Position numbers and translations under genes: made by a program. Under the pieces are notes generated by a model. It had not been told where the DNA came from. It was given only the letters and a program-made list of their open reading frames with translations, and searched no databases. This document shows positions 1 to 11,428 of a stretch of DNA of 54,051 bases, in pieces. The stretch spans positions 62,001 through 116,051 of the IMG/VR virus record IMGVR_UViG_3300020472_000011, one strand, 5' to 3'. The DNA comes from an uncultured virus (IMG/VR IMGVR_UViG_3300020472_000011). Taxonomy: Duplodnaviria; Heunggongvirae; Uroviricota; Caudoviricetes. How positions within the stretch are numbered: position 1 is the stretch's first letter; each line of letters starts with the position of its first letter.

Positions 1-1
1 A

Positions 2-1021
2 CTCCCTTACATCAAGAGAGAAGTTGTCAACAATATAATCACCAGACTCATCATAAGTTCTACGTGCAAGAGTCTGTTCTAATAGATTATAATCAGTTTG
101 TGTTACTTGTGTTTGTACTACACCATTCTTTATTTGGAGTAGTTTTATAAAATTCTTATCTGTCTTCTCGTCTAATGAGTATACAACGAGACTCAACTTG
201 ATACTTAACCTATGTGCTCCAGGCGCAGAATAATTTGAAGATCCTATTGAATTGTCATATAGACTTGCATCTTCTTCAGGAGTTACAATACTCTCATTAA
301 TTTTAAATCCAACTTTAGCAGATGGAGAATTATAATATTTGTCGATGACCAATAACTGTGCATCGTTTCTTACAAAATACCCATTAACAAAATAAATTCC
401 TTCTTCTACTTTAACAGCAGAAGCATATCCCATTGCAGGACTCTCTAATGACGACGATGTACCTGTGTCAGGATCAGTAATAGAAATACTAGTAGGAAGT
501 ACGCTTCCATCGGTTCCCACCACCATCAGTGGCGTATTAACACCGTCTACAACCTCTAAGGTCTCACCTTGACGGAATGTTTCCTCATTACCTGCATCAC
601 CACTGTTAGTGTATGTAACATATAATACATCAGCAGCAGTTTCTGTTGCAGTAGCAGATTGAAGGATAGTTGCAATAACTCCAGAAGTTAATCCTCTAAC
701 CTGACGATTTATTAATTGTGATACATCATATTTCTTATAAACTATCTGACCATTTTGGTTTGTAGGTATCTCAGATACTGAAGATAGTTTAACAAAATGT
801 AATTTGTTATTAAAACCAATTTCACCAGGAATAACTAATTCACCCTGTTTAAACGCATACTTACCAAACTGCTCAATTTGATTTTGCAGTAATGACTGAA
901 GCTGCGTTAACTCTCTCGCTTGGATAGAATATCCAGGTCGAAAGAGTACTTTGTAAAAGTTTTTGTCAGTATCAAAATCGTCGTGATATGGTGCGACATT
1001 AAGGTTCGTCTTTTGAGGCAT
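2..1021 (-). CDS. Large virion structural protein, DUF4815/VrlC-like, N-terminal part (runs off the window's left edge)
   Basis: Not in the ORF track. ATG at 1021 reads MPQKTNLNVAPYHDDFDTDKNFYKVLFRPGYSIQARELTQLQS, the typical N-terminus of the protein that follows gp8 in T4-like cyanophages. Confidence 0.85.
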   Translation of the reverse strand, partial: MPQKTNLNVAPYHDDFDTDKNFYKVLFRPGYSIQARELTQLQSLLQNQIEQFGKYAFKQGELVIPGEIGFNNKLHFVKLSSVSEIPTNQNGQIVYKKYDVSQLINRQVRGLTSGVIATILQSATATETAADVLYVTYTNSGDAGNEETFRQGETLEVVDGVNTPLMVVGTDGSVLPTSISITDPDTGTSSSLESPAMGYASAVKVEEGIYFVNGYFVRNDAQLLVIDKYYNSPSAKVGFKINESIVTPEEDASLYDNSIGSSNYSAPGAHRLSIKLSLVVYSLDEKTDKNFIKLLQIKNGVVQTQVTQTDYNLLEQTLARRTYDESGDYIVDNFSLDVRE

Positions 1022-1051
1022 TGCAACCAGTCTCTAATAACGGTGGGTAAA

Positions 1052-2812
1052 TTAGAATTCGATTACTAGTTTGATGTCCTCAATTTGGTCAGCAGCTCTA
1101 GTAATTTGTCTTCTGTTCTCTATGTATACGATTTCGCCAGAGTTTGCAGCGAGTTCGGGAGATGCAAGACCGCCTGTAAATCCAATGTCAGACACGGTTC
1201 CATTAGCACCAGTATCTATATTTCCACTAGCTGTGGATGATTGACCTACAACGGCATTTGCTGCATTCGATTCGAATGCTCTAACAACTCCAGTGTCACT
1301 ATGTAACTCTGGTGATTGGTAATACTTAAGTACTCCTGTAGTACCATCCCAAGAAACAACTTTACCATATGCTGTTCCACCAGTAACTGACTGGAAGATA
1401 TCTTCATCTACAGTATAATCTGCTGTTGCTCCATTAACTTTTAGTACAGCTGTACCACGTAATGTTGAAGCAGAAGCAAAGTTAGTTGTTCCGAAATCAT
1501 ATGGATCTTGGATAATTCCAATTCTACGGAAGTCATTATCAACAGGGAAGTCTCCACTACCCTCATCATATGTCAAACGTACATTTGTCATGACACGTTT
1601 AGAGAATAACTCATTCTCTGCGTCAGAACCATGTCCTCCTGTTGGAGAAATAACAACCTCTATGGAAGCAACTCCAGTGAATGCACTAGCAGCAGATGTA
1701 AGACCTGCATCAGTAAATACTTTACCAGTTTCTAGAATTGTTGATCCATAAGTATATCCACTACCTACAGCTTCCATTTCAGCAGTAGTGATGGTTCCAG
1801 AACCGTCTGTAGCGAATTTAACAATAGCACCTGACCCATCACCATATACAGGAGTATAAAGTGTTGCAGTAGCAGGAAGAGCAGCACCAGCATCTTCAAC
1901 AACTGGTACATGTACACCACCATCAACTGCCTGTCCAATTACAGTCACCCTACTTGCTTCAGTTGCCTCAACAATAGGCATGAAGTCTGTTGATAGGAAT
2001 GATAGAACATCTGCTGTAGGAAGTGTAAACATATGCTTCCAAACATATCCAGCAGTACCAGAAGGTTCTGAGTAGATACCAGAAGCAAATGCACCTTGTC
2101 CACTAGCAGGTTGTGACTTAGGCTCATAAGTAGCGTTCTGTCCTGTTGGATTAGCAGGAGTCTCGCCATTATAAAGACACTTAAAGACTTCGTAGGAAGA
2201 GTTCATTACATAGAACTTACCATCAGAGAGACTAGTTTGACCAGTAGCAGATGACTTACCAACTGCACCACCGCCACCTGGAGTAGGTGCGTATGATGGA
2301 CGGTACATGTCATATTTTGGATTTAGTGAAAGATTCCAGTTATAACGTGGAACAACTAGACGTGCAAATGGTCCTGTAATACGCTTGGCAGCAATCAGTT
2401 CATTATAAATTGCTAGTTTCTCGGAATAGTTATCAATTGGAGCAGGAGGTGCTTCTTCAGTAGCATACCTATAAACTCCAGACTTAGCAGTAGCACTTGA
2501 AGTACCACCAGTGATGGTAGTTCCAAATGAAGGTGTAGTTGTAGCAGTAGGAAGAACGTTGTTAACCAGAATACTATTCTCATTAACCTCAGCAACTGTT
2601 GCTGACCATCCACCACCCGAAACAGTTTCACCTGCTGCGAATGTACCGTCTACATTGAATACTTCAACGTAAGCATCCCATTTTGCAGATCTTCCAACGA
2701 AGAAATACATTCGAGTTCGAGCTGCATCCGCATCGTTTGCACCTTCGCTCAAGGATTCTAGGAATTGCTTCGCATTGAAGATCCTAAATTTTTCTGAAAT
2801 AATAGCTGCCAT
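1052..2812 (-). CDS. gp8: Baseplate wedge subunit gp8
   Basis: MAAIISEKFRIFNAKQF start, YVMNSSYEVFKCLYN, GYVWKHMFTL, FRRIGIIQDP, and C-terminal YIENRRQITRAADQIEDIKLVIEF; follows gp6-gp7. Confidence 0.9.
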   Translation of the reverse strand: MAAIISEKFRIFNAKQFLESLSEGANDADAARTRMYFFVGRSAKWDAYVEVFNVDGTFAAGETVSGGGWSATVAEVNENSILVNNVLPTATTTPSFGTTITGGTSSATAKSGVYRYATEEAPPAPIDNYSEKLAIYNELIAAKRITGPFARLVVPRYNWNLSLNPKYDMYRPSYAPTPGGGGAVGKSSATGQTSLSDGKFYVMNSSYEVFKCLYNGETPANPTGQNATYEPKSQPASGQGAFASGIYSEPSGTAGYVWKHMFTLPTADVLSFLSTDFMPIVEATEASRVTVIGQAVDGGVHVPVVEDAGAALPATATLYTPVYGDGSGAIVKFATDGSGTITTAEMEAVGSGYTYGSTILETGKVFTDAGLTSAASAFTGVASIEVVISPTGGHGSDAENELFSKRVMTNVRLTYDEGSGDFPVDNDFRRIGIIQDPYDFGTTNFASASTLRGTAVLKVNGATADYTVDEDIFQSVTGGTAYGKVVSWDGTTGVLKYYQSPELHSDTGVVRAFESNAANAVVGQSSTASGNIDTGANGTVSDIGFTGGLASPELAANSGEIVYIENRRQITRAADQIEDIKLVIEF

Positions 2813-2853
2813 AGCACTGGTCTCTAAATGTTAAATTAAGACTAAATCCGAGT

Positions 2854-2871
2854 TATTTATATTTATTTATA
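2854..2871 (-). promoter_or_regulatory. Tandem T4-type late promoters (TATAAATA x2) upstream of gp8
   Basis: Plus-strand tatttata at 2854-2861 and 2864-2871 is the gp55 consensus TATAAATA on the minus strand, 40-60 nt before the gp8 ATG. Confidence 0.8.
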
Positions 2872-5800
2872 GGGCATTCCTGATGTACTGTCCCACGAGA
2901 TGTTCCTCGATAGGAGTACCATTTACGCCTCTAGTACATCCTGTAAAACGATCACTCAACTTACCTGTATATGTTATCTGCTCACGTCCAACTAGAATAG
3001 TTCCTGTTGCTGCAAAATTGGTAGTGTTTGCATAGACGATAGCACCTGATGCAACATAACCTGCATCTCCGTCATCTGGTAAGTCAGCAGTGTTCAACTG
3101 ACTTATATAGTAGTTAATGGATGGATTAACAAAATTCCATTTGACATTACCTACCCACAAAGTATTTTTTGAGTTTTCAATCTCTTCAATAGTGATTCCC
3201 CACATAGAAACCTCTTCCACAGTATACTCGGAAACTGGTCTACCACCTGTTGAAAGTACATCTCCTGTGTTATAAGTAACACGATTAAATGTCTCAGGTG
3301 TTGGTCCTAAAATTGCGGAACCATAAGTGTTAAAGTATGATTTATATGTATCGACTGCACCAGTTTCGATATATTTCACAATTTCTTTTTTAACGTCAAT
3401 ATCAAGATTGATACTTGAACGTATTACTCTACTTCTTTCTATTTCAATCTCAACCGATGTTCCCATAAGGGCAGATGTGACTGAAGTAGGCCATGATATA
3501 ATGAGTTCCTTAGTTAATACATTGCCACTGAGATCAGCAACTTTCTGTATTGTAGAAACTACAACAGGTTTATTGGTAACAAGACCAATACTACCAGTTC
3601 CACCACCGATGATACCAATATCACCAATTATCTCAACACCCTTAAATGTGTCTATCTCAGTAGTAACTGTGACAGGTGATGATTTTAATACCGCAGTAGA
3701 GAAGATAAGACCAACCATACTGTCGATCTTTCTATCAGGTCTCTTGATGATCTTATACTTTCTGGCAACACTAACCTTTGGTGCATTAGTATATCCAGAT
3801 CCAGAATGTATAAGTTTGATATCAATAACCTGACCTTTGCTGACTATTACCTCAGCATGTGCTCCACCACCATTACCATCTTCAGGAATGAAATGTAGTA
3901 CAGGTGTACTATCGTAACCATACGCAGTAGTGGGTTCTAATATACCCTCATCATAATATAATTTGAGATTCTTCTTATTCCATTCCAAACTTACAACTTT
4001 ACCATTATCAATAGTGCAAGTAACACTTAAACCTACACCTCTAGTATCACCATTGTAATTGGTAGTTGATACAGAACCAAAGAACTTAGAAGATATCTCA
4101 GCACCAGGATTGTAATTCTTTGGATTTACATATCTTGGTAACCCTTGAATATCTCTCCAAGAATCTTCTCCATCTATCTTTATGACATCACCCTTATTAA
4201 GGCGAGATATCAAATTATGAGATTTATAGAATGTATCATCTGCTTTCGTACTATCATATAACCACTGAGATGCATTTCTCTGCATTCTATGACTACCATA
4301 CTCATCTTTCTGATATTCTAAAATACCATAAAGAGAAATAGAGAACTCATCAGAGAAGTTGATATAATCACTAGAGAAATATATTGGTTCATTGCCATTA
4401 AATACAGGATTGTTACCAGCAATAGTTAACATACATGATGTAACAGTATCAATCTCTATCTTCTTGATTTCACCAATCATATGTTTGACAGTACCAACCT
4501 TTTGATATGCAAATCTACGGAAATCATATTTGGTATCAAACCAACTCCTTAGATCTCTGAAATCATTCAAACTATTAGAATCATTGATTCTTAATGATAA
4601 TCTATTGAAATAAGTACCTGGTTCAAAATCATGTAATGTAACTGTCTGCTGTACATCTCTACCATAAAGAACTATAATCTCTACCTTACGGTCTCGATTT
4701 ATCTTTCTAGTAAATCTAATAGCAGGTCCAGTGATAATATAAGAATCAGTGTCTCTCTGTAATACACCATCTACAAAAACATATGCATAATCTGGATCAT
4801 CAATCTTCTTAACCTCTTTAGTAACACTATCAAGTATTAAGAAAGGACCAGCAGATCCATCCAATATACCAGAAGTTTCTATTTCACATCTGATATAGTT
4901 ACCAATACCATGTAAAGCAATATTATCTACTGCTAATGGTTCTTGGACAGTCTTAGTGTTCTCTTGCTGTTGCCAAACAGGTGCTCCAGTAAATACAATC
5001 TTATTTGGTGTAGTAGTTCTATCGATAGAATAGTTACTATCATGTTGTACGATACCACTCACTGAGACTATTAAATTCTCATTAGGATCAGTAACTACTT
5101 CTTCACCATCATCATAATATAGATCAAATATCTTGTTCTCGTTGTTAACATAGTCAGGAAGAGATGTTGTAGCAGTTCCTGGACCTGTTATGATAGTTTG
5201 TTTAAGATTCTCATATAGAGAATCTAAAGCAGACTCTACATCTGCACACTTAGGAGTGAAAGGACTACCTGTACGAATATTGAGATTGATATATGGATCT
5301 AATGATGTATATTCGCCAGCAGTCAAAGTATTCCTCATTGCTTTAACAGCAAGGTCTTTTGCTTTCTCAAATGCTTTGATAGTAGGTTCAATCTCACCTG
5401 TAATGAAATCTAAAAGATCATTATTGTAATATGATTCACCACCAGCAATTGTTTTAGAGTTACCACCAAATCTCAAATCATGCTCAAATGAGTCTACTAT
5501 GAGACCAATGTCTCTATGGCATGTTGGACCTAATGTACCCCAAGAAAGATTTGGATATTCTGCTTTAATGAAACCTAATGTCTCTGACTGAATATATGCT
5601 CTATTCATTGATAACTGGTTAGCAGCATCAATCCAAGTACCAGATCTCTGGTAGATATTTCTTAGTTTCTTAAGATACCTATCATTCAATGCAGCAGTCT
5701 TAAATTCAAACCATCTACAATAGAATTTAACCTGTGGTATATCCTGACCAAGTTGGTTTCTTGGACCTAATGGAGGTGAAGAGAATATAATGTTACTACC

Positions 5801-8800
5801 ATTGATAGCATATGATGAACCAGGTTCTTGTATAATACCATCAAGAGTTATAGTCAGTGCTTGTGTATTATATGGAGATACAGCATTTCCATTCACATCT
5901 ACTAGAACGAATGATGTCTGCCCTTCGAGATTACCCTTATCAGTAAATCCACCAGTAAAGTCTGCATTAAGGAATAGTTGCTTAGCTCTAATCTCTTCAG
6001 TAGAGAACGTATCACGTGATACAGAACCTAATCCCTGTTCAATCTTAAGTTGTTCTGTCTTAATAATATTAACGGTTATCTGCTTCTTAGTGCTAACAAC
6101 AGTAATCTTATTTTTATTTGGATCCCATAATTGAATCCTACTTGATCTATCACTAGATGTGATAGGTGACATACTAGCCTGTGCATCAGATTCAATAAGT
6201 ACTTCACCAAATAACTGGAATCCAGCAGGGTGAGTAGTTTTCTTTATTAAATCTCTCCAGACATCAATTGAAGTCTTTGACTTAACAACATATGAATAGT
6301 CCTGATAATAATATGTGTCAGTGATCTTTTGATTAGATGAACTAACAATACCCTGATCATCACTATATGATCCAAGATTATCAAAATACGTTTTGATATT
6401 TGGTGTAAACTCAGTATATGAAATACTTTCTAGTTTTGCAGTATTCCCTTTAGCAAGACCCTTAATCTCTAAACCTTCTCTAAAGAGACCAGTTACATCT
6501 TTAACAGAAAGTATATTTGATCCATCTCTCCATGCAGTAACTGTTGCTCTAGCAGTATCTCCTTGAACTATAGTTTCACCAATTCTAAACGTAGTAAAAT
6601 CAGATACCTTAAGTATATAATTTGATCTAATAGTAGAATCTAATGTAGTATCATTATGATAAGCACCACCATTGTTAATGATGCGTATATTTCTAGGAAT
6701 ACCAATATCAACACTAGAAAGATATACTCTAATGTCAGATTCTACAATAGTTACTTCTGGTGCAGCAGTATAATCAGATCCAGCATCTGTTATAATAATA
6801 CCAGTAAGTGATCCATTGTTCACTACTGGAGTAAGAACTGCATTACCTTCAACAATTACTTTTGGTTTAGAATAATTTGATCCAGCATTGACTATAGTTA
6901 CACCACTAATAGAACCATTGTAAACCTCAGTGATAGCAGTGGATCTCAGCGTTTCAGTTGGAGTAACACCAACTACTAAAGGTAATTTCTTATATTCCCC
7001 ACCAACGTTGATAACATTGATCTTGTCAATAGCACCAACAGAGAACTTAGACATAGATTTATATGTGACAGTTCCAGAACCGTCATGTGGTGCTGTCACA
7101 CCAGTATCATATACAACTGTATCATTTGTTACATATAATGCTTTCTTGATACCTTGAAGTGGATCGTCAACCACATTCAAATAACCAGTCTCCCTAGATG
7201 TGTCACCATTTCTATCAAAATAATAATACTTGGAATAACTTAATGGTACTTTTGTACTATAGGTGTTTGTAGCGACTCTAGCACCAAATCCTAATTTAAG
7301 ATCGACTATATTGTTAGAATCAAGTTTCTCTGGAGTGTTAATGTTATAATTGATACTAGGAGATATATCAAATTCTCTGTCACTCATTGAAGAGTGAGAT
7401 ACATCAAACTTGTAACTATAGAATTTCTTAATGTTTAGTATAGGATTTCTGGAGAAATTTATTTGATCTGTGGAAAACTCAAATACTTCAATTGGATCAC
7501 CCTTTGTACTTACACGTACAAGTCTCTTATCTTCACTTGTATCATAGAATACAGTACTCAACGAAACAGGAATAATTGTGGATAATGTGTCATCATAATC
7601 CCAAACAACTTGTGCTTTCTGTGTAACAGGATCATATGACTGTATAACTGGATCTCCAGCAAGATCACCAATCTTATAACCTTTGTTGAGAGTATATCCT
7701 GGAACATCCAAAGTGATTGTAGCACCATTATAGTGATCTACTGCTTTGGTTCCTTTTTGTCCTCTCTGTACAGTGAATTCTTGATTTGCAACATTCTTCT
7801 CTTGTAAGAATAGAATCTCATCATCGATTTTAATGTAATCACCTTTTGTAAATCCAATGTTACTAGCAAAATTAACAATAGTGTTAGTTACTCCTAATCC
7901 AATATGATCAACTTCAACCTGTAGTGCAGGTGTAGTCAAATCAGTTTTTGCTAGATCAGCATCACCAACAGTTAATATATCAGATTTCTTATATCCAGTT
8001 CCTTTATTCTTAACAGCAACAGAAACAACACTACCTGAAACATCAACCTCGAAGTCTGCTGTTGCTCCACTACCAGAACCACCTTTCAAAGCAATATTAC
8101 GATAGTTGTCAGGAGTAGCAAAGTTATCTGTATAATCCTCACCACCATTAAGAATACTTATTCTTCCTATACCAGAATCATTTAATGTTGTAGATACTGC
8201 TGGTGATACCAAAGTGACTTCCTGATATATTCTACTTCTAACATACTGTGTAGTTGTAGTGACACTATCATCAGGGATAATATCAATTTCAATATCATCA
8301 CCAATACCAACACCATGACTACCATTAGTTTTTAATAGTGCTACATGGTCATTGATAGTGAATATGTTAAGTCCAGCACTCAATGAATTAGTACTGAGAA
8401 GTTTAGAACCAACACTATCAATCAAATTACTACTTCTAATGAAATAGTCATCAGTAACAACAAAATCACCAGTTGTTACTTTAACCTTAACTGTATTCTT
8501 ACTTGCAGTACTTTCTAATACTTCTCCAATAGCAATAGTAGTAGCAACACCATCTGTGTATGCTAGATTTGCTCCTTTGGTATAAGATGAATTTTCATCA
8601 AGTATTAAAGTTATAACTTTAGTATTAGAGTATAATTGATCTGTAGATGTAAAGACACCATTTACATCTCTAAGAGTAAATGTACTACCACTAAAGACAT
8701 TACCAACAATCTTACCAGTAGAACCAGTATTTGTTTGTGTTATAGTATCTCCATCAAAAAGATATGCTGTATTAGATAGATTGATCAATAATCCTTGAGT

Positions 8801-11428
8801 CTCTTGTGACTCAATAGATTCTACTACCTTTCCTTTTACAGAAGAAACCTCAGCAGTAACATCATGACCACCTGTACCTTTATTATTAATCTCAACTGTA
8901 GACCCAACTGAGAATGTTGAGGTACTAGATACAACCTCTACACTAGAGATGCTACCAGTATTGATCTCATCAACGATTAAAGTTGTTTTATCTCCATTCT
9001 TAGAAATACCAGTAGTTCTCAACCTAGTTGATGACTTTGGTACATCATTATGAGTTAATGATTGATTGTAATTTGAATCTCTAGGTACTCCATAATAATT
9101 CTCACCTAAGATATATGGGAATACTGGAGTAGAACCATCAACAGTAACAAAATATGCATACACACCATTAGGATACTCAGGTGTCAAACAGAACCTACCA
9201 TTATTGTGATCTAGAGTTCCTCTCTTATGAGTATATTCATAATCTTCGAAGAATGTACCTAGAGGATATGTTGATTTTAATGGACCTTGACTTCTAGCAG
9301 AGCGTAAAGAGTAACTACTAGTCATCAGTGTAACAGCACTAGAAGCGTCTAGAGGATCACCGTATCCATAAGCACCATAAATGGGGTTGCCATCATATGC
9401 GTACCCTAAGAGAGGCGAATGGGACGCTCCAGTATCATTTGCTCTGTATGCAGCAGGTACAGGATCCGTACCAGTTAACTTAATCCTGTCTTTAGTCCAA
9501 GAACGTATAGAAGCAGTTGCAGTAGCACCAGATCCAACAGCAATAATATCAACACGTATATTACCAGCACTATAACCACTACCAGCAGTTACTATGTTGC
9601 ATGCGGTTAATTCACCATCATTAGACACTTCAGTTGTGTATTCCGCAAATCTTCCCTTACCTGCTAAATCTAAAATTCTAACCACAGGTGGAGATGAGTA
9701 ATATTCACCTGTATCCGTTACTACAATACTAGTGATAGCACCATTGGTTATAACTGGAGTAACTACTGCACCTCTACCAGAAGTGATCTCTACAGTGGGT
9801 GTAGAGGTGTACAGCATTGGTGTATCAATAATAACTGATTCGACTACCTGACCTGCTAACTTTGCCCTTGCAAGGGTAGAAGAGTCGTTTATAAGAACAA
9901 ATGGTTCTTTAACATATCCGCTACCCCTAGTAATAACATCAACTTTCTGAATTGCACCATTAAGTATACTATCAGTGTGCCTTGCACCCATAGCAATACT
10001 ACCATCAAGGAAGATACCAATATCTTTATTGTTGGTTTTGTAGATTTCAGTAGTTAATGTAGGTTCTTTAGGAATAATACGTAACTGATTGTTTGGTAAC
10101 GCAATGTAGTAATCATCACCATCTTCAAAGATTGCTTTTATAGAAGTTAGATCCCATCTGATATTATTAGATGAATCAAAAATCTTTACGTCAGTATTAA
10201 CAAAACCAGGATCAGATATCTCAAGTTTCTCCCCAACATTAGCATATGGACTTGGGTGTGTAGGAGAAGCATTGTATAATACTCCAAGAATCAATACAGA
10301 GTCCGTACCGACAGTAACTTCCGCAGCGTCATATACTAAGTCACCAACATAATGTGAGGAAGATGCGGATCTAGTCTTAATTACGAACTGATCTATAGTC
10401 TTTTCATCAAAAGTGAAGGTTTCATTGCCAATAGTGAACTTTCCTTTGTCACTCCAACCCAATGTAGAGAATACATCAACAGAAGTGCTCTGATAATCTA
10501 TATCAGTAGTAAGAGTAGTCTTTGATGATAATGAGAACGTTCCGTTAACTGTTTCCTCAGCAAGGATCAATTCATACAAATCCTCACCATCAAACGTTCC
10601 ATTGAAAAGTACATTATCTATAACCGCCGAAGCGTAGGCCCCGTCTACGTTTTGGACGATGCTTTTTCCAATAAATGACTCTGGAGTACCAGAAAGGAGT
10701 TTTGCCTTAAGAGAATAATTTTTTATCCAAGTAGACTCAGATGACTTAAGAGTCTGTTCTCTAGGATATTTTACTTCAGGTTCTGGATCATTTTTAACCA
10801 AGCATTTGAAGAGAAACTTGATTGATTGAGCAGTACCCTTAGATTTGTAAAAATCTGCAATATTTTTGATCAAATTGCGTTGATCAACACTATCATTAAG
10901 AAACGCAGTTGGAAAATCAGGTAAATACTGAGATTCAAAACTCTTTACTAGAGCAAAGAGAAAAAGATTGCTTATATTATGTACTTTTGCAGAAATTTGA
11001 TGATCTGCTGCATTAGTAGTGACGAATGTAGACTCCTTATAGAGATCTCCCAACTCAGTGTTCCCTGAGACTCCTCTACTGACCTCTAGGAACTGTGTAG
11101 CTGATTTAGACTTATAGAAACATATCTCATCATCAACGTGCAAATAACCACTATCAGGGAATCCACTGGTGTCCCCCACAGTTAGTGACACATCCGTTGC
11201 TTGTGCGAACTGGGTTAATGGTACACTCTGTTTGAGGATACTCTTTTCATAAAAATCGATATCACGATATGTTGCGAGATGATTCGCAATATCTAATGGT
11301 TGTCCTTGTAACTCTAACTGTTCATAGTATTTTTGTATGAACTTACCAAACAGCTCATACTCCTCACCGATAAAAGCAGCGAGTTGATTTTCTATTAATA
11401 GTGAGGTTTTCTTCGCAGTCTGTTGCAC
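2867..11428 (-). CDS. gp7: Baseplate wedge initiator gp7-like, 2853 aa, with many inserted domains
   Basis: IKNIADFYKSKGTAQSIKFLF and YYQDYSYVVKS...HPAGFQLFGEV motifs, an internal YHYH-like HSPLLGYAYDGNPIYGAYG segment, GSGY repeats; lies between gp6 and gp8. Confidence 0.8.
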   Translation of the reverse strand: MQQTAKKTSLLIENQLAAFIGEEYELFGKFIQKYYEQLELQGQPLDIANHLATYRDIDFYEKSILKQSVPLTQFAQATDVSLTVGDTSGFPDSGYLHVDDEICFYKSKSATQFLEVSRGVSGNTELGDLYKESTFVTTNAADHQISAKVHNISNLFLFALVKSFESQYLPDFPTAFLNDSVDQRNLIKNIADFYKSKGTAQSIKFLFKCLVKNDPEPEVKYPREQTLKSSESTWIKNYSLKAKLLSGTPESFIGKSIVQNVDGAYASAVIDNVLFNGTFDGEDLYELILAEETVNGTFSLSSKTTLTTDIDYQSTSVDVFSTLGWSDKGKFTIGNETFTFDEKTIDQFVIKTRSASSSHYVGDLVYDAAEVTVGTDSVLILGVLYNASPTHPSPYANVGEKLEISDPGFVNTDVKIFDSSNNIRWDLTSIKAIFEDGDDYYIALPNNQLRIIPKEPTLTTEIYKTNNKDIGIFLDGSIAMGARHTDSILNGAIQKVDVITRGSGYVKEPFVLINDSSTLARAKLAGQVVESVIIDTPMLYTSTPTVEITSGRGAVVTPVITNGAITSIVVTDTGEYYSSPPVVRILDLAGKGRFAEYTTEVSNDGELTACNIVTAGSGYSAGNIRVDIIAVGSGATATASIRSWTKDRIKLTGTDPVPAAYRANDTGASHSPLLGYAYDGNPIYGAYGYGDPLDASSAVTLMTSSYSLRSARSQGPLKSTYPLGTFFEDYEYTHKRGTLDHNNGRFCLTPEYPNGVYAYFVTVDGSTPVFPYILGENYYGVPRDSNYNQSLTHNDVPKSSTRLRTTGISKNGDKTTLIVDEINTGSISSVEVVSSTSTFSVGSTVEINNKGTGGHDVTAEVSSVKGKVVESIESQETQGLLINLSNTAYLFDGDTITQTNTGSTGKIVGNVFSGSTFTLRDVNGVFTSTDQLYSNTKVITLILDENSSYTKGANLAYTDGVATTIAIGEVLESTASKNTVKVKVTTGDFVVTDDYFIRSSNLIDSVGSKLLSTNSLSAGLNIFTINDHVALLKTNGSHGVGIGDDIEIDIIPDDSVTTTTQYVRSRIYQEVTLVSPAVSTTLNDSGIGRISILNGGEDYTDNFATPDNYRNIALKGGSGSGATADFEVDVSGSVVSVAVKNKGTGYKKSDILTVGDADLAKTDLTTPALQVEVDHIGLGVTNTIVNFASNIGFTKGDYIKIDDEILFLQEKNVANQEFTVQRGQKGTKAVDHYNGATITLDVPGYTLNKGYKIGDLAGDPVIQSYDPVTQKAQVVWDYDDTLSTIIPVSLSTVFYDTSEDKRLVRVSTKGDPIEVFEFSTDQINFSRNPILNIKKFYSYKFDVSHSSMSDREFDISPSINYNINTPEKLDSNNIVDLKLGFGARVATNTYSTKVPLSYSKYYYFDRNGDTSRETGYLNVVDDPLQGIKKALYVTNDTVVYDTGVTAPHDGSGTVTYKSMSKFSVGAIDKINVINVGGEYKKLPLVVGVTPTETLRSTAITEVYNGSISGVTIVNAGSNYSKPKVIVEGNAVLTPVVNNGSLTGIIITDAGSDYTAAPEVTIVESDIRVYLSSVDIGIPRNIRIINNGGAYHNDTTLDSTIRSNYILKVSDFTTFRIGETIVQGDTARATVTAWRDGSNILSVKDVTGLFREGLEIKGLAKGNTAKLESISYTEFTPNIKTYFDNLGSYSDDQGIVSSSNQKITDTYYYQDYSYVVKSKTSIDVWRDLIKKTTHPAGFQLFGEVLIESDAQASMSPITSSDRSSRIQLWDPNKNKITVVSTKKQITVNIIKTEQLKIEQGLGSVSRDTFSTEEIRAKQLFLNADFTGGFTDKGNLEGQTSFVLVDVNGNAVSPYNTQALTITLDGIIQEPGSSYAINGSNIIFSSPPLGPRNQLGQDIPQVKFYCRWFEFKTAALNDRYLKKLRNIYQRSGTWIDAANQLSMNRAYIQSETLGFIKAEYPNLSWGTLGPTCHRDIGLIVDSFEHDLRFGGNSKTIAGGESYYNNDLLDFITGEIEPTIKAFEKAKDLAVKAMRNTLTAGEYTSLDPYINLNIRTGSPFTPKCADVESALDSLYENLKQTIITGPGTATTSLPDYVNNENKIFDLYYDDGEEVVTDPNENLIVSVSGIVQHDSNYSIDRTTTPNKIVFTGAPVWQQQENTKTVQEPLAVDNIALHGIGNYIRCEIETSGILDGSAGPFLILDSVTKEVKKIDDPDYAYVFVDGVLQRDTDSYIITGPAIRFTRKINRDRKVEIIVLYGRDVQQTVTLHDFEPGTYFNRLSLRINDSNSLNDFRDLRSWFDTKYDFRRFAYQKVGTVKHMIGEIKKIEIDTVTSCMLTIAGNNPVFNGNEPIYFSSDYINFSDEFSISLYGILEYQKDEYGSHRMQRNASQWLYDSTKADDTFYKSHNLISRLNKGDVIKIDGEDSWRDIQGLPRYVNPKNYNPGAEISSKFFGSVSTTNYNGDTRGVGLSVTCTIDNGKVVSLEWNKKNLKLYYDEGILEPTTAYGYDSTPVLHFIPEDGNGGGAHAEVIVSKGQVIDIKLIHSGSGYTNAPKVSVARKYKIIKRPDRKIDSMVGLIFSTAVLKSSPVTVTTEIDTFKGVEIIGDIGIIGGGTGSIGLVTNKPVVVSTIQKVADLSGNVLTKELIISWPTSVTSALMGTSVEIEIERSRVIRSSINLDIDVKKEIVKYIETGAVDTYKSYFNTYGSAILGPTPETFNRVTYNTGDVLSTGGRPVSEYTVEEVSMWGITIEEIENSKNTLWVGNVKWNFVNPSINYYISQLNTADLPDDGDAGYVASGAIVYANTTNFAATGTILVGREQITYTGKLSDRFTGCTRGVNGTPIEEHLVGQYIRNAL

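Noticed and set aside
7469..7477. Isolated TGTGGAAAA DnaA-like box in gp7
   Set aside because: Single copy within coding sequence, compatible with chance.
1945..9575. Short alternative-frame and plus-strand ORFs inside gp8 and gp7
   Set aside because: Shadow ORFs of long genes with biased codon use; no recognisable motifs.
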